Assembly: GCF_964204645.1 (NCBI RefSeq)
Contig: NC_134028.1
Coordinates: forward strand, 21,324,345 to 21,388,344
DNA length: 64,000 nucleotides
Origin: Tubulanus polymorphus
Taxonomy: Eukaryota > Animalia > Nemertea
Reading direction: 5' to 3'
In this document: in pieces, positions 34,725 through 46,299 of the stretch
Layout: each line of letters opens with the position of its first letter
Position numbering within the stretch: the first letter of the stretch is position 1
Notes under the pieces: generated by a model
Seen by the model: only the letters and a program-made list of their open reading frames with translations
Databases searched by the model: none
Told to the model about the DNA's origin: nothing
Program-made: the position numbers and the translations under genes

Positions 34725-36336
34725 TATACATTAACTATGAATATCAATATGCGAAAAACGTTTCATTTGAAACGAAAAATATTTAAAAATATTCGATCAA
34801 CCACTCCCGGGGACCGGCTTCTCGCTGTGACGTCAGTGGGCCACTCTTAGTGTGAGACACCGATGGTCCGGTGATTCGAGTTGGCTCCAAATACGGGGCT
34901 ACAGCCCCTAAATCCACCAAAAACGCCTCAAATTCCATTTTTGAGTGTACAAAAATCCCCCAAAAAGAGTTAGCCATGGCCCCTTCAAATTGGTGGTCAC
35001 TAAGAATTGCGCCTAGTCAAGGGTTTAAACTTCGCGTTCGATCGAGGGTTTTCGATGAAGAATGAAAGATGTATGTATATTACGAATGCCGATGACCAAA
35101 GAGTTTGAAAAAAATTCCGACACACGCGGAATCTGTTTAGTGTACTATGATTTCAACGAATGAATTGGAAACATGGACATGAATTAAAAATACTAAAGAT
35201 AACATAAATTTATTGAATGAATTATTCATTAAATATTGTATCACTCTCAGCTCCTGGCCCTAGTCCAGCTGATTTCGTTTATCACGACGTTTTTTGCGAC
35301 GGGTGCAAACGCAACATGCAACGTTCCGGTGCTCCGCTAATTCCCTGTCTAAAGAAATGTTACTTGATATTTCCATGGATCTCTTATCTTTACAAATGTA
35401 AGAGCTGTTGTGTTTTGCTGAAGACTTATGTATGTGGTTCCTGTACTTTTGTCAATAACAGTTTTAAAACTGGCCATGATAATTGATAAGAATGATCTTA
35501 AATTGGATTCTCCGATTATGAAAGTTATTCAGATTCAGCCATTGGCCCTTTTCATGAAAGATGTCAGAAAAGAAAGATAGCCAAAAAGCCCTCAGAATAC
35601 ACAAGTACCTAAATTGAACAAATTTTCAGGGGAGGACCCCAGACTATGGCTTCAGAAAGACAGTGCCGCATACTGCCCTGACGGTTAGCGAAAACTGGCC
35701 AGTCTCGACTCTCAACGGCTGGTCTAGTGGACTCACCAGTCTGCCCCGGTAGCTCGATAGGGATGGAATTTAGTTGGGGATTTCACACCTTGAGAGAAAG
35801 CACGGGAGTTCTTAATCTGGATACCAGGGCGATGTACGGGTTCCCGGGTTGTTTGGGATTCAAGAACTCAGGCAGGGGTGTCAAACAACGGAGGAGGGGT
35901 ACAAGGGAGCCGGGATTTCCGGCTGCGGATTTAGAATTTTGATTTCTGATGCAGAAAAGCCGGCGGTTACGGCGGGCGGTGAACAGTAGTTATTTTTTCT
36001 GCAGGCAGTGAGTAACCGGAACCCCGGCTCCTGAACACCAGGCCGTTTTCAGACCAAAGGAAGACAAGAAATAGCATAATATTATGAACTTGAACAGTTT
36101 GATATCTTTTTAGTTTTGTGACTTGAAAAACCTTTCGTCGCCCGCGGGAGAGGAACGGCCGGCGCGCCTAGTCCAGGGTGTTCACAGTATGGCCTAATCG
36201 TTGTGTCCGGTCCAGGTGTCCATTATCCAAAAGAAATCTATTTCTGGTTTGAATAAAATGTTGACTATGTTGGTTTTCATATAATTGACGATGACTGTAC
36301 GCGTCACCATGTTAAACGATTTATATGCAGTAAATA

Positions 36337-36489
36337 TTGAAAAAACATACACTGCGGTGGCGCTAGCGGACGGACACCCGTACTGTAAATAAGTCGTACC
36401 TCGTATGTAATATGTCGTATCTCGTATGTTGCATCTCATATCTCGTATGTTATATCTCATATCTCGTATGTCGTCTGAGGTCTTCCATA
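36337..36489 (-). repeat. Inverted copy of 26932-27083
   Basis: Reverse-complement match with few substitutions. Confidence 0.85.
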
Positions 36490-36978
36490 CATGATGGTCT
36501 ATTTCAATAAACTTAAACTCAAACATTTATAACTTAAACATAATCCCACAGACCAAGACCCTACATCCAAATTACTAATAACAAAATCCAACATCGGACA
36601 AAATACCATTTAAGTATTTCAAGATTTAGGATAATTAATGTATGTATAATAAAATATTGCTGTTCAAGTTCTATGTTGCAAGCTGCAAAATTCTCAAAGA
36701 ATTTCACGTTAGATTCTAATATCTATTCCTTTTCTTAAATTCACGTTTATGCTGCGCCATCTGGTGCCAGGTTATTCAACATCATTCAACAACATTTTCC
36801 TGATACAAACTGAATTATATCAAACAGTCAGAAAACCGTTAATATTGATTGCACGAGAAACATATAATTTTTGCATTGAAGATTAATCCATTATACGGCA
36901 TTCTAAAATGCAGTTAAGTATCAGGTTTCAAATATGTAAGGAACCATTGATTTGCCGATCAATCTCTCATCTTTGACG

Positions 36979-38052
36979 ATGGAAATTTCTAACGCAGTCA
37001 ATGCGACGTCGATTGAAACTCGTTCGATGTGCAACAATAAACTAAAGCTCTCGAATCGTTTCCTACTGAGAGTAACGTTTCTGCCCGCTGTGATAGTCGC
37101 CGGTATTTTCTTTAACGGCTTGAGTTATGAAATTCTAAAACGCCAATCGTCGCAGCACCGGTCGATTTTTCTCCTCCGAGCTCTAGCCGTCGCCGACGTA
37201 TCTTTTCTCGTTGTAAAATTCTTTCGCGAGTTTTTACGTCCCGTTCTCGACGCTGTAGTTTATGGTTTAGCGTTCCAACGCCTCGCCGGTTTGATTAGAA
37301 ATACTAGATTTGCCGGGTTCTTTGGAATCTATTTAGCGATGTTTTTCTTTAACAGGTCGACGAAATTGACCAGAAACTGGATAACGGTACTGATAGCGAT
37401 GGAACGGGTTATAAGTCTCGGTTTCCCGTTGTTCGCCCAGGCTCACATAACCAAAAGACGCTTATATATATGTATTTGCGTACAGTATGTCTTATTTGCT
37501 TGTTTCGGTATCAGTTTTATGTTAGATATTGGCGATTCCACATATTGGTTCGATGTCTGTACGGGAATTCACGTTCCGTTTATTACCCGCCGAAAACTAT
37601 CCCCGATTGAAACGCGTGTACGTTTCTACGTGGAATCGATATTGACCTCAGTTTTCACGAATCTTCTTCCGATTTTATGTCTCGTGATTCTCAATACAAT
37701 TTTGATTATAGTGCTTAAAAGAATCGGCAAAAATAGGGAGCATCTCACGCGAGAATCGAAATACAGAAACATCGACCAAAAAGCGACTAAAATGGCAATA
37801 GCAGTGATCGTTTTATTCATTGTTTTAGAATCCGCCACTTCGCTTGGAACTTATATTAAAATTCTACGTACATTATTCGGTCTACCAAAGCTAAGTTCGA
37901 GTATTCGTCAAGTTGTTTCAAGCATCACTAACGTAGGATCAGATATTCTAACTCCTCTGGATTCAAGCGTTAACTATTTTGTGTATTGTTTGACCAATGA
38001 TAGATTCAGAAATGAGGCGAAGAAAATATTCAAACGGAAAGTGGAAAAGTGA
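36979..38052 (+). CDS. Intronless rhodopsin-class GPCR (FMRFamide/peptide-receptor-like or chemoreceptor family)
   Basis: Seven hydrophobic segments; GIFFN, LAVAD, RNWITVLIAMER, SSVNYFVY..FR; first ATG at 36979. Confidence 0.88.
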   Translation: MEISNAVNATSIETRSMCNNKLKLSNRFLLRVTFLPAVIVAGIFFNGLSYEILKRQSSQHRSIFLLRALAVADVSFLVVKFFREFLRPVLDAVVYGLAFQRLAGLIRNTRFAGFFGIYLAMFFFNRSTKLTRNWITVLIAMERVISLGFPLFAQAHITKRRLYICICVQYVLFACFGISFMLDIGDSTYWFDVCTGIHVPFITRRKLSPIETRVRFYVESILTSVFTNLLPILCLVILNTILIIVLKRIGKNREHLTRESKYRNIDQKATKMAIAVIVLFIVLESATSLGTYIKILRTLFGLPKLSSSIRQVVSSITNVGSDILTPLDSSVNYFVYCLTNDRFRNEAKKIFKRKVEK

Positions 38053-38639
38053 AAAATGTCTCGTAGGATGAACAAGAGTTATGATAGAATAAGCTATAAG
38101 CTATAACATTCCTTTTTAAACAATATTCATATTACCAATTTCAACCTATTTTTGTAGCCTTACTTTTCATCGTAAAACGACACTGAGAGGCAGTGTAGTG
38201 CGGTCCCTGAATGTACATGTATTTTATTATCATTTATTGATTGGCACGTCAACACAAGGTGGCATCTATGAATTATCTCTCCTTTTTTGTGGGGGATGGT
38301 GATCGAATTTACAGACTGTTTTGTTTAAATCGAACATAGTTGGAAGTATGCAGCGAAATATTCCAGGCTAATGTAACATAATATAAGTCCGAAAAGTTTA
38401 CTTCAAGCTTATAATCTATTGATGCGACGTTGCGGTGACCAGCGAAGTACGGTACTTCATAAGCGCCGAATCTAGTATGAACGCGGCTATAGATGGAAAT
38501 TGATGATGGTGTAATTTTCCGATGATTACGATAATTTTGGCATCAGTGAATAATAATGACTTCCTAATGTGATACTTTGTTTAATGAACTATGAAGTTAG
38601 CAACTATCTATACACTAGAATTGCCCACCGTTTAATTTC

Positions 38640-39655
38640 CGGCCAATAAAAGACTTCATAGTCTCCAAGATGCATTGGTTAAAAAGGGATCTAGAGCATT
38701 ATTCAACCTCATAAAAATTCCTGGCTTTAGAAATTTAGGCATCATCCAACAACTGCAACTTTTCAACAGTCTCATCAAGCCTATTATTACATATGGTAGC
38801 GAGGTTTGGGAGTCACACCTTTGATTAAAAATCTAAATAAAGGAGATGATCGTACTATAAAAGACAATATAGGAGATATCTTCAAACTTTGCTCAATGCA
38901 AAAAATAGTTAATTGTTTCCTTCGTCATATCCTTGGTCTCCATAACAAATCACCTATTCTACCTCTCCTTGGAGATCTTGGACAATTTCCCATACTCATT
39001 GAAATAATTTTATCTTCTGTGAAATATTGGTTAAATTGCATGAAAAATAATCAAAACTCCCTGCTCTATCTTTGTTTGTTAGATATGCATGATTCCTCGT
39101 CCCGAGAGACTCTCGTTTTAATTTTGTTTCTTGTATAACAAAAATTCTATTAGACTGTAATCTTAACCATATATGGGAAAATTTAGGGCACAATCCAAAT
39201 ATAACCAGATCAACTAGGATTGTATGTAAATATATGCAGGAGAGTTTTCTTATTTTTTGGAATTCAGAGATCAATGATCCAACTCACAGCCGGTATAACT
39301 TTGATAGAACTATGAAATCTAAATTTGAGCTAGAACCATATTTATTATTCTTAAAAGACCACTTTCTAAAATCAGCAATAGCAAAACTTCGAATGTCATG
39401 TCATATATTAGTTAATTGAAAAAGGAAGGAGACTCGGCATCGCTCAACCAAATCGTATTTGCCCTCACTGTAACGCTGTCGGCGACGAATCCCACTTTCT
39501 TTTTTATTGTAAACTGCAGGATAACTTAAGAACTAAATATGATATTGTAAATCTAAACCTAGACACTTTTCTTTCGGACTTTACTAATCCCAATAAACCA
39601 ATCTTCTTAAATATCGCGAAATTTATATATTATGGGCTTGTAAATATCACTTAAA
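38640..39655 (+). pseudogene. Decayed LINE ORF2 3' end (CR1/L2-group-like)
   Basis: LFNSLIKPIITYGSEVWG, GDLGQFP, AKLRMSCH..IEKGR, RICPHC..DESHFLFYC; frameshifts. Confidence 0.75.
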
Positions 39656-40532
39656 TAATATTGTATGTGTATGTTAGACATTGTATCCTTCTCTCTCTCC
39701 TTTTATTATTTTTCCTTTATTGTACATCATTTTTGTTCTTTGTCTGTTTGATGTTATTGTTGTTTTTCTTCATTCACAATCTTATACTTTGGATTTATGA
39801 TGAATGAATTGAAATTGAAATTTACAATACACAAATTCGAATCGAATCCAAGTTATAATGTCAGTGGTAAAAATACCAGGGGAAAGGCCAAACATGGATA
39901 AGAGGGCTTTTTTAGCTTTTTTTTAATCTCCGCGCGCTGTTTGTTACAATGTATTCTGCAGGTAACAGATTCGTATCAATTTCAGGGTAATCAACCTATA
40001 CATTTTGTCATGGATTTTGTTTGGTAGAATAATTTAACATTGAAAATTCGGATACATAGTATCTATTGTGTATTCATTCATCACATTCTGGTTTATGAAA
40101 CATAACCTCCTCTGTATGGAAGTCTCTGCAGTTGGGATCAATTTTATATGATACGTTGAATGAACTTTTGCACTTCTTTGTGTGAAGGATTGGCAGAAAT
40201 CCATGAAAGTTTGCCGTGAAATATGGCGGCCTTTCAGTTCCAATTAATGATCAAAATTTTGATTTGTGTTTTTGAAATCATTCACACGTTGCAAACGATC
40301 AATGATCGTGGTGGTCAATGAGTACATGTCTTTTTATCTTCATTATATCAATTATATGAATACACAATTCATAATGATTTTTGCACTTTTACGATTTTGG
40401 CACATTTTATCCCCAGCAAACAAATGGATGTGCACGTAGAGAATTGGCGTCTGAATTCATTGACCGATTGACGGTTCGATTGAGCCAGCGTATACACTTC
40501 TACGATTGAACCAAATCATTCACTTGGAAAAA

Positions 40533-40612
40533 ATGATAATCATAATAACAACAATAATAATAATGATAATAATAATAATAACAATAACAATAACAATAAC
40601 AATAACAATAAC

Positions 40613-40649
<37 letters not shown>

Positions 40650-40662
40650 TTAATAATAATAA
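40533..40662. repeat. (AAT)n/(ACAATA)n microsatellite
   Basis: Directly visible. Confidence 0.95.
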
Positions 40663-40799
40663 TTTATTCATTCATTCATAAAGCGCATTTCTATTAAACG
40701 TAATAATAACTGCACTTTACATTTTAAGGAGATAAGAGGGCCAAGCAAATAGAACATTATTGTACAATTTCCTAAAATTTTTAGGAAATTGTACAATAA

Positions 40800-41300
40800 T
40801 TTAGGTTTTTAGACGTGACTTAAAAAATGAGACGGTTGGACTTTCTCGAATTCCCTTTGGTTGTAGATTCCATGAAATTAGTGCCATGAAAGTAAAAGCA
40901 TTACGTCCAGCAACACGACAGTAATTAGGTTTAACTAAAATTGTAGGAACATTGCTAGATCTAAGTGGTCGACTAGGAACATACTGAGTAAAAGGGCTTT
41001 GCAAATACACTGGAGCATTTCCATTAAGACATTAAAAAACAAGTAGTAAAACTTGAAAAATTGCCTCCTTCCGAGATGGGAAGCCAGTGTAGATCACGTA
41101 AAACAGGAGTAATACGATCATATTTTCTAATTCAAGTTATTTAACGTGCTTCATTGTTTTGGACAAGTTGCAGTTTTTTAATCTGGGATACAGATGTACC
41201 AGTCAGCTAAGAGTTTGAGTAGTCTCACCTGAAAACAACTAATGAATTAACAGCAGTTTTACAAGATTGGTCGTCCAAAAGGTGACGGATTTTTTTCCTC
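40800..41300 (-). pseudogene. Decayed L2-like LINE ORF2 3' end
   Basis: ITPVLRDLHWLP, YVPSRPLRSS, WN.., FKSRLKT. Confidence 0.7.
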
Positions 41301-41803
41301 ACGTTTCATCGGGCCAATGTTCAATAAATACCAAGCTAGATCTTTTGAAAGTTGAAATGTGTCTTATTTGACGTTTCAAATCGATCTTATGGCTTTGTTT
41401 TGTCAAATGATATCTCCCACGGTGGAGGGAGAGATTACAGATAAAAGGTACAGACTCATCAGTGCTCGCCTCTCTCATGTCACCTGTACCAGGGGCGGAT
41501 CGAGCATTTTGAAGGGTAGGCATACGAAAGCAACAGGATTGCAAAGCATTTTCTGCTCGGAAAAAAATAGGGGGGCGCACGCCTGGGTCCAACACTGTGC
41601 GCAATATCTATAATCGTGATCCTAATACACGACCGCGTTTATTTTACTGTGACTAGTTATGAGGGTATTGGACTATTACGGAATATGAGATATACACCGT
41701 GACTTGAAGGCGCTTTACGGTCAATATCACCCACTGTGACGTTACGTGTAGACCCTGTATAGCGCCATCTTTGCTTCGCACACTAATGTACATCGAGTCT
41801 AGT

Positions 41804-42829
41804 TCATCTTTGTGAGTATGTTGATCGACATTTGAACAGAATATTTTTTAACGATTTACGGAAGGAAGGACTAGCTAGAACAAAAATAATGAAATTACTA
41901 ACCGAATCGATTCTATTGAGTAGATCTACCACGGGATCTGTAATTCCTTCAACTGGATATTTAATCTTTTTAAAACGCTTCAAACTGATCAGAATGTTGT
42001 TTATACCACCGGGCAATTCAAACAATGCATGTAGACCTATGATACATAATGTCATTTTCATCGCTTGCGTCGAATTTTTGTCGCTAGTACTTGCAGCCAC
42101 TTTCTTTTGACGCCTGCGTATTTGCATTGTTAATATCAGCGTTGCAACGGTGAACGCTGCGAGAAACGTTAACGGTGCCAACGAACTTAATGTAGAACCA
42201 TAATACCGACCGAAAGATACATTAACCCTTCCAAAAATTACTCTATAACCGGGTTTCCTGTACGGACACGTTCGTTTCGTCCATTTAAGTCCGAGGAAGA
42301 AGTATCTATACATTTGACTACAAATTGAAAGTAACGTCAGCCCAATCACTACGACAAGACATCGCCTACGTGTGAACCATTTAAGGGCTTTAAAAGGAAA
42401 CGCAACATGAACGAGTCTGTCTAAACTCATTAGAACTATCGTCCAATTCCGATTCTGTAGAGCTATGCCCTTGGCGGTTACTGTACTAATCAGCATCAGT
42501 GGTTGCATCGCAGCCGACATCCTGAATACATCGTATCCGAGTTGTATCATCGTTATCAGGTATCTTAGACCCCTATAGTTCAGATCGGTGACCAAAAATA
42601 CACTATCGGCGACGCTGAGATACTTCAACAGAAACAAAGCTGAATTAAAACTTTGTGCTGACATGTGGTTCAAAACGACGACTGATAAAACATTAAGAAT
42701 GATTCCTATCACTGATGCAGGAATTCCTAAATAGACGTGCAGTGGAAATAAAGCGTATTGTGTTTTTGGTTTTATAGAACACAAAGAAATTCTCGAGGAG
42801 AACTGCGGCGTCGTCACATTTCCATCCAT
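41804..42829 (-). CDS. Intronless rhodopsin-class GPCR, distant paralogue of 36979
   Basis: Seven hydrophobic segments; GIILN, LSVAD, RNWTIVLMSLDR, SVSNFIIF..FR. Confidence 0.88.
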   Translation of the reverse strand: MDGNVTTPQFSSRISLCSIKPKTQYALFPLHVYLGIPASVIGIILNVLSVVVLNHMSAQSFNSALFLLKYLSVADSVFLVTDLNYRGLRYLITMIQLGYDVFRMSAAMQPLMLISTVTAKGIALQNRNWTIVLMSLDRLVHVAFPFKALKWFTRRRCLVVVIGLTLLSICSQMYRYFFLGLKWTKRTCPYRKPGYRVIFGRVNVSFGRYYGSTLSSLAPLTFLAAFTVATLILTMQIRRRQKKVAASTSDKNSTQAMKMTLCIIGLHALFELPGGINNILISLKRFKKIKYPVEGITDPVVDLLNRIDSVSNFIIFVLASPSFRKSLKNILFKCRSTYSQR

Positions 42830-45049
42830 TCCTCTCTAGTGTTTGTGTACTATCATCCAATCTAATAGTCAGTGTTGAAGTGAGCGGAGTTTTCTTCGCG
42901 ACAATACACTACAATAACTGATGAAACTATTCACAAAGCTTCAATTTAGATTAACAAAGCTTTCATTGCATGTGCAAATTTCAATGCGCGATGCTCGTTA
43001 AACAAATTTCATTCTCATTGTACCGACGGAATCCTCGGCGCGACCATATCACCATTAAATCTTAATTTAATCTAGCGCTATGAAATATCTTTTGAAAGTT
43101 GATATGAAAGTCGAAAACGTTTATCCATTTAGGATTGTAACAACAGATTGAACAGAACAATAGGAGAGTGTAAAATTTCCCGTATATGCATATACGAAAT
43201 ATAGCCTAGGTTTACGTATATTCCCTTTGTGTAATAAGGACCAGCAGAACAAAAATCCCTCGGGTTACAATATTGTGCACATACTTTGCACGGTGAAATT
43301 CATTTGAGAACTCTGAGAATAGAAGCAAGCTATGAGACTTTGAATAAATAACAAGACCCACTATGAAATTAATGATAAAAAGAAAGAAATTCTAAAAATG
43401 CCGACATGGTTGCACTGAGTGCTTGTGTAGTGGTTGTTTTATTTTGCATTGGCGGATCTAGCCTAGGTTTCTGAGGACTGGCCCAGCTGTGGAAGGGAAG
43501 TTTGAATTTTTAGGGCTCTGAGATGCAATCCGAGTCAATTTTGGGCATCTAGTCCTTCCGCATCCACAAAAATGACATTTTGACATGAAGAAGAAAAAAT
43601 CATTCATAGAAATAAAGAAGTTTACCCATTTTCGGTTATTTAAATTGGCCATTTTACATTACTTCCACCAGAACTTGATTATGGAAGAGAACTTCTAGCA
43701 TCGTGACATCCGCTCAAGCGGTAGTAGCGGAAAGCTGGATCCGCTTCTGTATTGTAGTAGAAATAATTGAACCTTTTGAACTGATGACTTTGTAAATAGC
43801 ACAGATATCAGTGATTAACTTACATCTTGTTACACCCTGGGGACGGTTTTAGACTGTTTATTGGACTGTAAGTGCTAGTTTCTAGATGGTTGTTAATTAA
43901 TGGGGTGTCATGTCGGAATCTATCATGTGTTGAAGATTACAGTAACCCTAGCCCTACGAACATTAAACCTAACTTATGCAGGTCATGTTGAAATAATTTT
44001 GCTGTATAGAAATTAACAACTTATGGAAAACTCGCGACTAACTCAGTCTGATTACTACATAGATATTATATCTTCAGACTGAAGAGAAGAGCGCAGAAAA
44101 AGTAGTTCATGTAGCGTAACCATTTATTTCAAATCTGGTACGAAGATGCCTAGGTTCGATTCCCGTACACGGCATTATTGGCAGTCGGATTAACCCCAAA
44201 AACGAACATAGAATAGGAACTACGATTCATTTTTAAGTGATAAATACTTGAAGCAAGAATAGGTTGTATCTCCTTCACAATTCATTCGATCAGCCAGTAA
44301 AGTTTAATGCGATCATAGACAGCCGTAAGTTCAAGAATTTCAAGTTCATTTATTGAAATTCATATAAAACATAATGATATTTGCAGTTACGGGATCTCGA
44401 AAACTTTAATAAGGTATACTAAAATACTAGAAAAAAAGAATTTCTAAAGCGAGCACCTAGGATTGAAATATACATTAGACTATTTTACTGCGTATTTGTG
44501 CAGTTATAACAGGTTGGATTGTTGCAAAAACGATTATCTGTGTAGAGGGAAATGAGATATGATTTTATTTTGTGTTTCAAGGTATGTTTATTCATTTGAA
44601 GTGAGACTTTGGAGGTGGAAAAGATTTGCCATATGTTCGATAGAGTGTTTTCAGTGGATTGAGTAATTCAGTGTAAGCAGTGAAGATAACGAATACGAGT
44701 GATCAACTTGATTATTACGACATGAGTTGAATTGTCATGAAAGGTTTTCAGCTGGGAAGAGAGAGAATTAGAGAAATATTTTAGGATGACATGAATTTTG
44801 TGGAGATTGTTGATTTGATATGATAAATTGCAACAGACTATTCATTTGATCGCTGATTAGATATTATCAATTAGAAAAGCTTTTGTATTTCAGATTGATC
44901 CCGTTGATGACGTCAGCGTATGATGTCATCAGTATGATTAGGCATGCCTAGGTTGACCGAGAACGGTTCCGCATGAATGCTCATATCGTCAGTAGAACTA
45001 TTGTATTGAAAGCCGTTACACGATAATCTATGAAGGACACACCGTTAGT

Positions 45050-45865
45050 ATGGATCTACAGCGACAACTGAATACCCAGTACCAAAGAGACCCGCTGGAT
45101 AACCCGGATGTATGCATCATAATTTCTAACCTGAAAATGGAAACAGACGAAAGTCTCGAAACTATCTGTTCAAAAGTCATGCAAAAATTAATACAGCCGA
45201 CCCCGAGGGTAATTAAGTGTGTGCGACTGAAGCCCCGAGTTGAGAGCGTACCACCCTTAGTGAAGTTAGCGTTGGAAAGTAAGGAGATAAAGATAATTGT
45301 CCTCGGTGCAAAAAATAAACTAAGAGATGACAAAGAATTCGGAAGTATCTGGCTCCGTTGCAGCAAATCTCATCTTGAGCGTTTACATGAGATAAACACT
45401 CGGGAATTACTTGAAATGGTTCCAGGTGGGAAAACACTCAAACTGGCGAGCAATGGTTACTCGAAAAAAATTCCAATAAGTAAGTAAATCCAGCAGCCGC
45501 CCCGGCAACAAACACGGGACGTAATCCTCGACAGAATAAGTCTGCCACCGATAACAGCCCAGTTGATGATGGACGAGATATGGGTACCGGCAGCGGAACA
45601 AAAAGAGAACACATCCCCTCAGACGATTCAACGGGGGATATCACACCAACTAGGAGTGCAAAACAACTGCCTAAAAACAGAAGCAGGACATGGCAGATAT
45701 ACCAGAAGATATTAAGGCTGGCTTTCAGTGACGCGCTGTCACAAACTCGAAACATCCTGAACATGGATACAGGTGTCGTCATCGCTTAGGAATGCCAGGC
45801 TTACATAAGGCTAAGCTTTGGTCAGTGCAATGTGAACGGTCGGGCGGATACTAACAGCGTAACTG
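45050..45865 (+). pseudogene. LINE ORF1 remnant plus first codons of the ORF2 endonuclease, cut off by Polinton-like DNA
   Basis: IIISNL..VRL..PPLVKLAL..KNKLR is ORF1-like; IRLSFGQCNVNG near 45805-45840 resembles the APE N-terminal WNVNG motif. Confidence 0.55.
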
Positions 45866-46253
45866 AATGTTTATATTTATTGAATAAATTTGATACTTTA
45901 GATCTTAAACATTGTTTCAATTTAATATTAAAATCTGTTCGGCATCTTTCTGTATAATATTCATTAAAATGTTCACGATTATTATCCCTCCATTCTCTCA
46001 TATATTCTGTCATAAAATCTGGATGATTTTCTCTCCATTCCTTTTGATAATCTTGATTATTTACTCGATATTGTTTATTAATTTCTTTAACACAAATTCT
46101 ACAAATACTTCTTTTACCATCTTTCTGAGTTTTATGATTATAATAGTCTGTAAATGGCTTATTCAATTCACATTTTGAACATGTCTTATAGTAAATATCA
46201 ACAACACCAGTGTTATTTGTAATATTAATAGTTTGTGATTGTTCTGACTCCAT
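45866..46253 (-). pseudogene. 3'-truncated zinc-ribbon and helical-repeat ORF resembling N-termini of large-DNA-virus HNH/EndoVII-type proteins
   Basis: KTCSKC..KPFTDYY..KDGKRSICRIC, then repeated xEWRENx and KQCLRSKV; runs into LINE sequence at about 45866. Confidence 0.55.
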
Positions 46254-46299
46254 TTATTATACATAATTTTTACTAAAAACTTTTAACATGTTAAAATCC

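Noticed and set aside
40506-40697. Poly-Ile/Thr ORF
   Set aside because: It is only a translation of the AAT/ACAATA microsatellite.
44110-44175. Possible tRNA gene (GGTTCGATTCC B-box)
   Set aside because: No intact acceptor or D stems; at best a decayed tRNA-derived SINE.
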